Shown: positions 35,488 through 44,749 of the stretch, in pieces
How the letters are laid out: each line of letters begins with the position of its first letter
Position numbering within the stretch: the stretch's first letter is position 1
IMG/VR virus record: IMGVR_UViG_3300034061_002899
Source of the DNA: a virus
Length of the DNA: 64,000 nucleotides
Strand: one strand, 5' to 3'
Made by a program: the position numbers and the translations under genes
The notes under the pieces: model-generated
Told to the model about the DNA's origin: nothing
Databases searched by the model: none
What the model saw: the letters and a program-made list of their open reading frames with translations, nothing else

Positions 35488-36093
35488 ATGTTCATGCAAA
35501 TAAAGACCTATAACTCACTAGAGGACAAACAACAGTTTCTTACTTTTTGTAAGGAACAATCATTGTTAGATGACAACCAATCATCAGCAAACATGTGGAG
35601 TGACGATGTGAATAATCATCATACTCTTCCCTACATACTAGAGAATACTAACAGGTTTGATGGGATAAATGGCGAGTTTTTTGTCTTATTTGACGGTGAT
35701 AAAATAGCCGGGTGCGGTGGGGTTTATCTAAGTGATTTCAACAAACACATTGCTTTGGCAGGTGTTAGAACTTGGGTAAGCCAAGATTATCGTCATTTAT
35801 CGCTACACAGAGACTATCTATTAATAGAGCATAAAAAATGGTGTATAGAAAGACACGTTAAATTGATAGCACTATCATTCAATGATTACAACAAAAATAT
35901 CATAGAAATTTTTAAACGAAATCGATTGGGTGAGAAGAACAATAGAATCAATAACAGAGAACCAAAGCATATGTTCTACGCTGGAATAGGAGAAGTTGAA
36001 TTTCCTGTAATGATCCAATACACTCCTCAATGGGTTATATATGAAAATCTTGACAAAGATTTTTTATTTGATTGGACTACTATCAAATGTTAA
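35488..36093 (+). CDS. GNAT acetyltransferase-like protein
   Basis: F.VL.DGDKIAG.GG...R.WV..DYR motif. Confidence 0.6.
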   Translation: MFMQIKTYNSLEDKQQFLTFCKEQSLLDDNQSSANMWSDDVNNHHTLPYILENTNRFDGINGEFFVLFDGDKIAGCGGVYLSDFNKHIALAGVRTWVSQDYRHLSLHRDYLLIEHKKWCIERHVKLIALSFNDYNKNIIEIFKRNRLGEKNNRINNREPKHMFYAGIGEVEFPVMIQYTPQWVIYENLDKDFLFDWTTIKC

Positions 36094-36581
36094 ACGACTA
36101 TTTTTTAAATTTAAATTACTCACCTAAACACCTGCTATCTATAATGTATGATGAAGCCTCACGTTCTGATAATTATTACTTAAGTCCGGTTAATGTGTTA
36201 AGATGTGATGTTAGTACATATTTGAGTACAGAATTATCTAAAGTTATAAATGCACCGTTTACGTGTTGTGGTTTTTTAAAAACGTTACCATTAACTGTAT
36301 ATCCTACTCATACTGATAAGTTTAGAATTGCAGCCATTAATATGCCTTTATTTGAAGAAACACCAGGATTTGATTCTAGTATGTTTACTGGAAAAAAGAT
36401 GGAAGCAATTGTATACAAAACAAATTATTTTACTATGTTGAATGTGACTAAACCGCATTATGTAAGAAATGAAAATCCTGATAGTGAACGTATAATGTTA
36501 TCTATTGGATTTAAAAATAATAGATACAATGATTTAAAAGAAATGCATCATAAAAAGGAATTAATTAATGATACATTATAA
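36087..36581 (+). CDS. Dioxygenase-like (cupin/2OG-Fe) protein
   Basis: HTD..R..AIN.P...PH.V.N...R..LSI. Confidence 0.6.
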   Translation: MLNDYFLNLNYSPKHLLSIMYDEASRSDNYYLSPVNVLRCDVSTYLSTELSKVINAPFTCCGFLKTLPLTVYPTHTDKFRIAAINMPLFEETPGFDSSMFTGKKMEAIVYKTNYFTMLNVTKPHYVRNENPDSERIMLSIGFKNNRYNDLKEMHHKKELINDTL

Positions 36582-37137
36582 AAAATTAAATGTTGATAAT
36601 TTTGAAACAATGCGGCTTGAATTAGAAGCGGCAACTATTGATAAAGTAAACGCAAATATAAGATTTTGGGGAGAAGAATATTCATGGTTTAAAAATCATA
36701 GTCCTACTTTTTATAACTTTATTGAAAGTAGAAAAAAAGTCCCTATCAGAATGTGTAGATTTTACCTAACTCCTGCATATGATTTTTTAGAACCACATGC
36801 AGACGGAACGTCAAATTGGAGATCGCCGATTGGATTAAATATACCTATTAGTGGATATCAAAATACTACTATGGATTGGTATAGTTGCCCTGATGACAAC
36901 TTTGATAACGGTCATTTAGGTTTTAACAAAACAACCGCTAGTAAAGTTATAGATTTTACTAAGTTAGTAAAAATAGATACAACTGTAATCGACTGCCCTA
37001 CATTTGTCAGGACAGATGTAGTACATGGTATAGTAAATGATAAACCTACACGTAGATTGGTATTAAGTTTAAGATTTCCATATTCGTATAAGTTTGGTCA
37101 AAACTTTGAGGATGTTATGAACATAACAGACCTATAA
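36568..37137 (+). CDS. Dioxygenase-like (cupin/2OG-Fe) protein
   Basis: HADG, LNIPI, H...N...R..LSLRF. Confidence 0.6.
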   Translation: MIHYKKLNVDNFETMRLELEAATIDKVNANIRFWGEEYSWFKNHSPTFYNFIESRKKVPIRMCRFYLTPAYDFLEPHADGTSNWRSPIGLNIPISGYQNTTMDWYSCPDDNFDNGHLGFNKTTASKVIDFTKLVKIDTTVIDCPTFVRTDVVHGIVNDKPTRRLVLSLRFPYSYKFGQNFEDVMNITDL

Positions 37138-37173
37138 CCACTTCTATGTTATATATTCAATAAAAAGTGTAAA

Positions 37174-37476
37174 CTATTCTTCGGCGGTGGTTAAGCCATT
37201 ACTGTGTTTGTCTGTTATTTTTTCAGTATCTTGGAACAAGCGTTTCTCTTGTGCTGTGAGTCTGTCTTTGTGAGTTTTGCGCGGATTACCACATAGATAG
37301 CAATCAGGATTACCGCAATCCATAACATGATGTTTCACTAGACGATGAGGTTCTTTGATTGCTTTGTCATTAAAACCTAAACCATGTGTTTTAGCAATTC
37401 GTACTTGTCGAGCAATTGCTACATCATTTTTATGACGCCGGCGGCTATTTATGTATTTTGCGGTTTCGTTACTCAT
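37174..37476 (-). CDS. Basic Zn-binding hypothetical protein
   Basis: K.H..DCG.P.C.LCGNPR. Confidence 0.7.
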   Translation of the reverse strand: MSNETAKYINSRRRHKNDVAIARQVRIAKTHGLGFNDKAIKEPHRLVKHHVMDCGNPDCYLCGNPRKTHKDRLTAQEKRLFQDTEKITDKHSNGLTTAEE

Positions 37477-38138
37477 GAAGGGTCCATAAAAGTGTCTATG
37501 CAATATTGAGTTTTAGTTCTCCAATGAATTACTGATTCAACGGAAAAGTTAACATAATTAATGCTAGTAAATGTACTTAGTTTTGCAATTAGATCATCAA
37601 TATTTTCTTTAAACAATTCTTTCCAAGACACAAACAATACATTTGGCATATTTTCAATTTTTTTAAATTTTTCGTTAAACGTATATCTCGGTAATATAGC
37701 CGCTACGTTTACCGAATGATTTATATTTAATTTTGTTTTTCTCGCATCAACTCTATTTTTTCCATAAAACGCGGCAGATATCTCCGGTATATCATCAAGA
37801 TCATATGTAATTCTTATTGATTTTTTAAAAGCAGAATTAATTAAAGCAATGTCAACCAGATGTACGGGTGTATAGTATGGTTTTTCTAAGTATGGTTTTT
37901 CTACTTTAGCTAAGTTTGCCTTATTAAGTATATAATCAATTTTTAGATGGTCAGGCACTACTACACCATACGGCGATCCACCAATATCTTTTAAAGAATG
38001 GACATGAGCGTTTCCATATTTAGAAAGTTCAATAATATCTTGTATGTTTCTCTTAGCACTAATTATTAAATGGCATAAAAAATTTCCGCCAGTTCCCCCC
38101 ATAAAAGTTACAGGGATAATGTCCTCAGTAGGCATCAT
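37473..38138 (-). CDS. P-loop/sulfotransferase-like protein
   Basis: FMGGTGGNFL; similar to 30759-31766. Confidence 0.45.
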   Translation of the reverse strand: MMPTEDIIPVTFMGGTGGNFLCHLIISAKRNIQDIIELSKYGNAHVHSLKDIGGSPYGVVVPDHLKIDYILNKANLAKVEKPYLEKPYYTPVHLVDIALINSAFKKSIRITYDLDDIPEISAAFYGKNRVDARKTKLNINHSVNVAAILPRYTFNEKFKKIENMPNVLFVSWKELFKENIDDLIAKLSTFTSINYVNFSVESVIHWRTKTQYCIDTFMDPS

Positions 38139-38523
38139 GTCTCTTTTTGTAATCTTCTACTGCGGCTTTGATGGCGTCTTCGGCGAGGATGCTACAGTGG
38201 ATTTTGACTGGGGGTAATGCTAGTTCTTCGGCAATTTGGGAGTTTTTGAGTTGTGCGGCTTCATCAAGGGTTTTTCCTTTGACCCATTCTGTAACGAGGC
38301 TCGAACTCGCAATAGCCGATCCGCAGCCATACGTTTTAAATTTTGCATCTGTAATAATACCTGTATCATTGTCAACCTTTATTTGTAGTTTCATTACATC
38401 ACCTAACTAACCACACGCCGGGGCTCCTACCATACCAGTCCCAACGTGCGTGTCCTCCTTATCAAAGGTTCCCGCATTGCGGGGGTTATTATAGTGATCC
38501 AACACTTTATCTGAATATGCCAT
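38125..38523 (-). CDS. iscU: Fe-S cluster scaffold IscU, interrupted by an in-frame TAG in a 9-nt insertion (recoded gene or pseudogene)
   Basis: MAYSDKVLDHYNNPRNAG...GMVGAPACG*LGDVMKLQIKV...GCGSAIASSS...LPPVKIHCSILAEDA; TAG at 38407-38409. Confidence 0.85.
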
Positions 38524-39112
38524 TATAGTTCTCCAATATATTATTAACTATTTCCTCAGATTGAAATGTATCCCATTTCTTTCTGTTTTCCTCACCTGTT
38601 ATAAATCTTAAATTACATAGATGCCCTATAATCATAGGATCAATTTTAAGTTCATATCCTTGTTTAAAGGGTATTATATGATCTACTTGAATATCTGTTT
38701 TCTTTTTTCCAGTCACTGGCATTAAATTTTGTTTTATAAGTCTATATAGAGTACGACGGGTTGCTTTCCTGCATTCTCTCTTGTATTTAACAAATTCATC
38801 ATTTATTTGATTTTTCGGTCGTATATTGTTTAATTTGCCTTCCCAATTTGGATTTGAAAGACCGGTCCATTTTTCTTTTTGTACTTGATTTGGCACACCC
38901 TTATTCCATCCATGTCCTTTTTTAAGACCTTCTGTATTTAATTTAGACTTTTGGTCAGGTGTCATTTGTATACCTTTATTCCAAGGTATATTACCTTTAC
39001 GATTTATGGGATTCTTACAGGGAGTTGAACAGTACTCTAAAAATCTAGGTTTTGTCACAAACTCAGAGCTACAATGTATACACTGTATTAATAAGCCATA
39101 TTTCGTTTTCAT
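38507..39112 (-). CDS. Free-standing HNH homing endonuclease-like protein
   Basis: Zn-finger, PWNKG/GWNKG NUMOD-like repeats, DHIIP...NL.FI...EN..K; overlaps the iscU start. Confidence 0.8.
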   Translation of the reverse strand: MKTKYGLLIQCIHCSSEFVTKPRFLEYCSTPCKNPINRKGNIPWNKGIQMTPDQKSKLNTEGLKKGHGWNKGVPNQVQKEKWTGLSNPNWEGKLNNIRPKNQINDEFVKYKRECRKATRRTLYRLIKQNLMPVTGKKKTDIQVDHIIPFKQGYELKIDPMIIGHLCNLRFITGEENRKKWDTFQSEEIVNNILENYNGIFR

Positions 39113-39169
39113 ATAACTATTTATCTCGGTGCACCCGTTTGTGAGATTTAGATGTTATATTTAGTAAGT

Positions 39170-39733
39170 TTAAAAGTTATCGTTTGTATCGGTTACAATC
39201 CAACCTAATTTTAATAGGTCAGCACGAATTTCGTCAGTGACTACACTTTCGGCTACAAAGGATTTTCCTACTAGGTATGCTTGTTGTTGTTCTTTAGTTA
39301 GTTGACGAAACTGGTCATCGTCTAGTTCATTTGCATCCCGTATGCCACTACAGTACCAGTCAATGTAATCACCCTCTCCACGCATATCTGCCACAATACC
39401 GCCGGCGCTTCTCCAACTGGCGCACCAACGTTTTTCAGTTAGTATAGGAATAACATCATTTCTAGTAAAGTCATTGTTACATATAGCGGCATATAAGTGT
39501 TGTGCATACACTTCATCACCTTTTACTTTATCAACAATCCACTGAGTAGAACGTAGGTCATATTCCATGTTGTCTATTTTCCACTCATTAGTTTCTTCAA
39601 GTTCTAATCTTTGTTGTTGCCAAGACTTGAACATTTCAATATATTCAGGATTAGGCAACTTACCTTCTTCTTCGCACCGTTTAATATAACCTTCTTTCTG
39701 GAAGGTATTCCGATCAGGGCTTTTACTTATCAT
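39170..39733 (-). CDS. Hypothetical phage protein
   Basis: YAQ.LYAA.CNN, SWRSAGG.VA, GDY.DWYCSG motifs. Confidence 0.8.
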   Translation of the reverse strand: MISKSPDRNTFQKEGYIKRCEEEGKLPNPEYIEMFKSWQQQRLELEETNEWKIDNMEYDLRSTQWIVDKVKGDEVYAQHLYAAICNNDFTRNDVIPILTEKRWCASWRSAGGIVADMRGEGDYIDWYCSGIRDANELDDDQFRQLTKEQQQAYLVGKSFVAESVVTDEIRADLLKLGWIVTDTNDNF

Positions 39734-40199
39734 CCTCTACCTCTATCCATGTGTGATCTCCTAACCATTTAACTCTTGCTAAGTATTCATATTCTTCTGG
39801 CTTACCTGTACACCAATCGATTGGGCCATTGATACTCAATCTAGTAAACTGTTTTCTATGGTCGTATAACAACCAATATATTTGTCCATTGAATAATTGA
39901 AAATCATATTTAGCGGCATGAACCATATCAGTCAAGTCTAATCTATGTTTGATTTGTTCTGCTTGCTTTTGTAAAACAGTTACTAGTTCCATGATTCTAT
40001 CATACTCTTGCTTGGCATGCAACCTTGCAACGTTAAGCATTATGTCTTTATGCTTTTCAACTGGAACTAAATCAAATTTAGGACCTGAACTTTCAGTAGC
40101 ATATGGTGTAACATTTCGATTAAAGAAATGAATTAATGAACCGGAACTAGTAGAATCATAACTACTAACACCATTTGCTGAGTTTAATTTATCGGTCAT
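39723..40199 (-). CDS. DUF2452-like protein
   Basis: PY....GP.F, A.Y.F....G..Y.LY, LS...P..W, L.DHTW. Confidence 0.65.
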   Translation of the reverse strand: MTDKLNSANGVSSYDSTSSGSLIHFFNRNVTPYATESSGPKFDLVPVEKHKDIMLNVARLHAKQEYDRIMELVTVLQKQAEQIKHRLDLTDMVHAAKYDFQLFNGQIYWLLYDHRKQFTRLSINGPIDWCTGKPEEYEYLARVKWLGDHTWIEVEDDK

Positions 40200-40749
40200 T
40201 AACAGATTCTTTGGGTTTTTTAGCTTTACTATAAAACACGTGACCACCTATTGTAGCAACTTTCTTATAGGGCCACATTGGGTCTATATTAATTGAATGA
40301 AAAAATAATGTTGATTTTGGTACTACATCTTTATGCATACCCAAATACATAACCTCATATGCAATTTGCTCTGCTACTTTATATCTATAACTATTTTTAT
40401 TGGGCTCACTTTTACCTTCACAAACCCAGCTAAATTGACAAACAATTCTATCTTGTACCGTTATCTTTTGATAAACCACATTACAGGGATTATTTGCAAA
40501 ACCGTGATTCACTCTATTCATTACAACTACAGCAACGGCGGCTTGACCCTTGATTGATTCGCCACCTGCTTCATAGAATATATTTTTAGCCATACAAGCT
40601 AATTGTTTTGCATCAATTTTAGTTACGGGGTTAGTACCATTAAAAGTTATATTGGGCATAGCAGTACCCAATGGGCTTATGGTAAGTATACTTGCCCATA
40701 ACAATAGTGCGGTTAATAATAGTTTAACGTTTTTTGAAAAGGTTAACAT
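40189..40749 (-). CDS. Cell wall hydrolase (SleB/Hydrolase_2)
   Basis: C.A.NI.YEA.GE...GQ.AVA.V..NR, QFSW, FFH, IG.H.FY. Confidence 0.9.
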   Translation of the reverse strand: MLTFSKNVKLLLTALLLWASILTISPLGTAMPNITFNGTNPVTKIDAKQLACMAKNIFYEAGGESIKGQAAVAVVVMNRVNHGFANNPCNVVYQKITVQDRIVCQFSWVCEGKSEPNKNSYRYKVAEQIAYEVMYLGMHKDVVPKSTLFFHSINIDPMWPYKKVATIGGHVFYSKAKKPKESVNDR

Positions 40750-40808
40750 ATAGTTCTTTCTCCCATATTGTAACACAGGAACAAAATAAATTCAAGTGTT
40801 TTTGGTTA

Positions 40809-42260
40809 TTACAACCAGCAATCACAGTTACAGTCGATAACTTGTTCGATTGCTTCCGGTACCGAGTATTGTGCCGGTAACAATACATCCGATGTGAAAA
40901 GTGTGTTTAACTGTGGTGGTATTAAAGTTTGATAAGGTGACTTTGCTAAACTGCCTGGCACTTTTGGGCCACCTGTATCTACTGGTACAAACGGACTGCC
41001 TGTTAACGGACTGCCTATAGTGCTACCAATATTGCTACCAATAGTACCTGGCAATAACGGGCTACCAATAGTACCTGGCACTATTGGATTGCCAGTAATG
41101 CCGGGTGAATTAGATACATAATAATTTTGATCAACAGGATCATAATAACCCGCAGGTAAAGTATTATTCGGGAATGCAGGCACTGAATTAGCAAGAACAC
41201 CGTTACCTATCCATTCTTTTTGTTCTTCAATGAAGTCTGGTATATTGTCATCTAATGATACACCAACATAATCTAATCTATCTTGATTTCTAGCTTGACG
41301 CATTGCACCTATAATACTTTGACCAGCAACAAATGTTAAATCTGATATTGCTTCAAGTGTTTGAGCTGCCATATGCGGTTGTGTTTGTTTACCGTATAAA
41401 GGTAATGAGTCCACAAATGAATATATAGTTATTGGGAATTTATTTATATAAGGGTCTCTAGGATCAGGCAAAGGAGATAGACCTGTATTTCTAGCACGTT
41501 GTTCATTTCCTAATTGTACAGCAAATGTATTATATAAATCATTTAAATCTACTGATGCGCCTGGACGTAGAGTGCGTATGGATGCAATTTCATCATTTGC
41601 TAACTCAATTTGTGCTTGTATTGCGGCGTCTAATCCAGGATTAGAACCTTGCGTAGCATTATATAAATTTTCATATATAGTGACTAGTGCAGGAGTTTGT
41701 AAATCTGTAATTGCTGTTTGTAATTGTGGCCAATTATATGGCAATCCAGACATACATCCATAAAAATCAGAATATGTAAATGTTTTATATGGTCCTGTAC
41801 CTAATGCTACTAATTCATATGCTGCCTGAGCTTCTGATACATCAGTAGGAACATTCGTACCATTGATTAAATCAAGACCCTGTATTGTTTCCATACTTGC
41901 AACTACTTGTGCAAATTTTTCTATAGGTATTTGTGTAATGTTTTTTACTTGTTGCATTGACGCGCCAAATGCGCCTGCTGTTACAGCTATGTCGTTTGGT
42001 AAAATATCTGCTAGATATGATCCGAAACCTTCTGCTAAAACTTGATCGGTGATAACTATAGTATCAGATAATTTTAATGCTGATTCAACTACGGCTACGG
42101 GTATTGAAGCTGGTATTCCAACTAGTTCAGCATCAAAATATCCTGCAGGGGGAGAGATGGCACTTCCGGTACCGGCACCATCATTTTCTAAAGCCTGTAG
42201 GATGCCTCCTCCTCCATCAGTTTGGATGAAGCGAAAGCTCTCAAAACGTATGCCCGCCAT
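40809..42260 (-). CDS. Virion/baseplate-region structural protein (possibly the C-terminal half of a split gene)
   Basis: 483 aa ending CNCDCW; lies downstream of the PAAR gene and 43277-44749. Confidence 0.6.
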   Translation of the reverse strand: MAGIRFESFRFIQTDGGGGILQALENDGAGTGSAISPPAGYFDAELVGIPASIPVAVVESALKLSDTIVITDQVLAEGFGSYLADILPNDIAVTAGAFGASMQQVKNITQIPIEKFAQVVASMETIQGLDLINGTNVPTDVSEAQAAYELVALGTGPYKTFTYSDFYGCMSGLPYNWPQLQTAITDLQTPALVTIYENLYNATQGSNPGLDAAIQAQIELANDEIASIRTLRPGASVDLNDLYNTFAVQLGNEQRARNTGLSPLPDPRDPYINKFPITIYSFVDSLPLYGKQTQPHMAAQTLEAISDLTFVAGQSIIGAMRQARNQDRLDYVGVSLDDNIPDFIEEQKEWIGNGVLANSVPAFPNNTLPAGYYDPVDQNYYVSNSPGITGNPIVPGTIGSPLLPGTIGSNIGSTIGSPLTGSPFVPVDTGGPKVPGSLAKSPYQTLIPPQLNTLFTSDVLLPAQYSVPEAIEQVIDCNCDCWL

Positions 42261-42261
42261 G

Positions 42262-43287
42262 TTATTCCCTCACCTTTTGTTTATTATCTAAAAACCATTT
42301 ATGTAGTTCGGGATACTTAGATAAAGAAGATTGCTCGTACAAATTCATAGCTTCCATTATACATAAATTATCAAATGTTTTTTGGTCAACTGTTTTTGTT
42401 GTACCGTCATTAGTATTTAATGTTAATGTGTTAGTTAATAATGCTAGTTCTAATGTGTTTGGTCTATCTAATGTTGAGAATAATTCTACTAGGTCAGTTG
42501 CTTCAGATCCAATCATTCTTACAACTAATTCACGTTGAGTAATATCTAGTGTTTTAGTTGTAAATATGTTGGTACCAAATACACTATGTAATGCACCAGC
42601 AGAACATACTACATCAGAACATCCATGCTTTTTTAACAAATCATAAGTTCTTAGTAAATGACTAAATAGGTTGCTACTACCATGTTTAATTTTATCAGCA
42701 CCAAGATAAATTAAGAATTCTTGTATTTTATTACGTAATAGGTCTTGTTCTAAACTAAATTTAAACATTAATGTTATTCTTAGATCCGGGCATATTCTAC
42801 TAGGTGATTTAGCTACATGCCATTGACTTCCTGGAAATATTAATGCTTTATTAAATTTTGGTATTTCTGCGTGTGTGATAACATTGTCGTTATAAATCAT
42901 AGTTTCACCTCCCCATTCGCGGCGCCATGTTTTATTAAGATATACTACTGCGGTGTAATCACATGTTCTCAATGAATCCGTGTGAGGATACCCTTCTACA
43001 CCAAAGGTATGTGAGTTAGCATAGCATCTCAACAATGTAGCATTGTGGAAGTAATTATTTTTTAAATGACTCCATGCTTGTTGTAATTCCGGATGTTTTA
43101 CTTTATTTTCAACATCCAAACCGTTTGATGGCCCGGCTCTTGTGAAATCTTTGTTCCAATGTCCATAGCCCATATTATTATTACTGCGCCAACCGTATTT
43201 CCAATCTGAATTAGAAATTAGCAGATTTAGTTGATCAGCTAATTCAACGGGGAAGCAGTTTTCAATTTGTTGTATATTATTCTCCAT
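42262..43287 (-). CDS. 2OG-Fe(II) oxygenase fused to an HD-like (DUF6817-like) domain
   Basis: Real start MENNIQ at 43287; HTD...YLN..W...WGGE...H.A...R; H....L..HL..T...GALHS.FGT. Confidence 0.8.
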   Translation of the reverse strand: MENNIQQIENCFPVELADQLNLLISNSDWKYGWRSNNNMGYGHWNKDFTRAGPSNGLDVENKVKHPELQQAWSHLKNNYFHNATLLRCYANSHTFGVEGYPHTDSLRTCDYTAVVYLNKTWRREWGGETMIYNDNVITHAEIPKFNKALIFPGSQWHVAKSPSRICPDLRITLMFKFSLEQDLLRNKIQEFLIYLGADKIKHGSSNLFSHLLRTYDLLKKHGCSDVVCSAGALHSVFGTNIFTTKTLDITQRELVVRMIGSEATDLVELFSTLDRPNTLELALLTNTLTLNTNDGTTKTVDQKTFDNLCIMEAMNLYEQSSLSKYPELHKWFLDNKQKVRE

Positions 43288-44749
43288 CACCGCCACCATC
43301 TCCGCCGCCATCGCCGCCACCATCACCCCCGTCTGCGCCATCTGCGCCATCTGCGCCATCTGCGCCATCTGCGCCATCTGCACCGTCGGCGCCATCTGCG
43401 CCATCTGCGCCATCTGCACCGCTGTCTGCTCCACTATCGTTGCCATCGCCACTATCACTGCCGGTGCCATCAGCGGCGCCACTGCCGGCGCTACCATCGT
43501 TGCCATCGCCACCTACACCATCACCTATGCCCGTACCTATACCATCACCTCCACCATTAAATACGCCACCAAACGCAGTAAATTCGGGAGGATCTATTAC
43601 TGGTATACCTGGAGGTATTACAGTGCCGACTGTTGCGGCTACAGCAGGAGAAAGTATAGCATATCCATAGATAGGATAGTATGTTTTACTATTAGTAGGC
43701 AATCCAGGTACTGCATTGTATATAGGAACTGTTAACGTTAAGAAACTATTAGGAAATAATTTTCTAATATTTAATAAGTCAGCTAATGTTTCAAGCCCTT
43801 GAGTTTTGCAATTTAATGAAATTAGTATAGATTCTAAGTCTACTCCGGATATTATATTAAAGGCTGCATATATTTTTTGTTGTTGTGATTTAGTAACATT
43901 TATATTATTAGAAACTTGTTCTACTTCTGAATTAGTTAAACCACTAGCTAATAATGCTAATACAACTGATTCTGTTAATGCATTGTATGTTTTTAAAGTT
44001 TCTAGCAAATTAGATGGAAAACCAAATGTTCTAATTTTATTTAAATTAATTGCTTTGCCTAATGCAATCAAGTCTTGTCCAAATACGCTAGGTGATAAGC
44101 TGATTCCAGTGATATCACCGGTAATCAAATCATTCATGTTACTATACGTACCATTTAGAAAATTAAATGAATTCTGCATAGCCATCACACCTTGATTAGT
44201 GTAATCAATGAATGAACTTGCCTCTAACCATGATCCTACAAAATCTGTATAGTTAGTAACATTTTGTTTATAGTATAATGTATTGTTATAATTAAATTCT
44301 TTATATGCTTGTAACGCATATAAACCAACAAAGCCGTAACTAGTATTTTTGTCTACGTCAGCTATGTTATCATATGGTGCTACCCAATTTGGACTTAACG
44401 GTGGTACATTTTCATCAAAGTATGTATAGTCTGGTGGTTTAGTATTACCCAATGCAGGTATCGTTGTTTTGCCAATATTAATTAAATTAAAATAAGTAGT
44501 ATCTGTAATTTGACTAGCATCATACAATGCCCAACCTGCTTGTATGGCATCAGTTAATTTATTCAATGATGAGATTGAACCATTGGTATAAGTATAGTTG
44601 TCATATGGCGGTGTTGTTGGGTAAGGATAAGTAGTTGTAAACGATCCCATGTAACTAGCGGCTGTGTTATTAATCCAAAAGCCTTTGCCTTGGATTAAAC
44701 CACTCATAACATTAACGCCTAAGGGACTTTGTTTTCCTGTATTACTCAT
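43277..44749 (-). CDS. Virion/baseplate-region structural protein with C-terminal Asp/Gly repeat tail
   Basis: 490 aa coupled to PAAR; ends in (ADG)n and (GGGD)n. Confidence 0.65.
   Translation of the reverse strand: MSNTGKQSPLGVNVMSGLIQGKGFWINNTAASYMGSFTTTYPYPTTPPYDNYTYTNGSISSLNKLTDAIQAGWALYDASQITDTTYFNLINIGKTTIPALGNTKPPDYTYFDENVPPLSPNWVAPYDNIADVDKNTSYGFVGLYALQAYKEFNYNNTLYYKQNVTNYTDFVGSWLEASSFIDYTNQGVMAMQNSFNFLNGTYSNMNDLITGDITGISLSPSVFGQDLIALGKAINLNKIRTFGFPSNLLETLKTYNALTESVVLALLASGLTNSEVEQVSNNINVTKSQQQKIYAAFNIISGVDLESILISLNCKTQGLETLADLLNIRKLFPNSFLTLTVPIYNAVPGLPTNSKTYYPIYGYAILSPAVAATVGTVIPPGIPVIDPPEFTAFGGVFNGGGDGIGTGIGDGVGGDGNDGSAGSGAADGTGSDSGDGNDSGADSGADGADGADGADGADGADGADGADGADGADGGDGGGDGGGDGGGDGE
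43286..43500 (-). repeat. 9-bp (ADG) and 12-bp (GGGD) tandem coding repeats
   Basis: Tandem CCATCTGCG units on the plus strand, about 43330-43420. Confidence 0.9.

Noticed and set aside
38407-38409. Genome-wide amber (TAG) reassignment as the explanation for the iscU stop
   Set aside because: TAG ends other genes normally (13616, 15257, 27044), long genes are intact in code 11, no CUA tRNA is in this window, and read-through would still leave three extra residues in the active-site motif.
38403-38411. GT...AG spliceosomal intron reading of the 9-nt iscU insertion
   Set aside because: The insertion can be written GTTAGTTAG, but 9 nt is far too short and the context is a bacteriophage.
43288-43512. 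N-terminal MAQMAQ extension of the oxygenase, and the His/Arg-repeat plus-strand ORF 43267-43560
   Set aside because: Both are alternative frames of the (ADG)n repeat; the oxygenase-like sequence starts at MENNIQ (43287).
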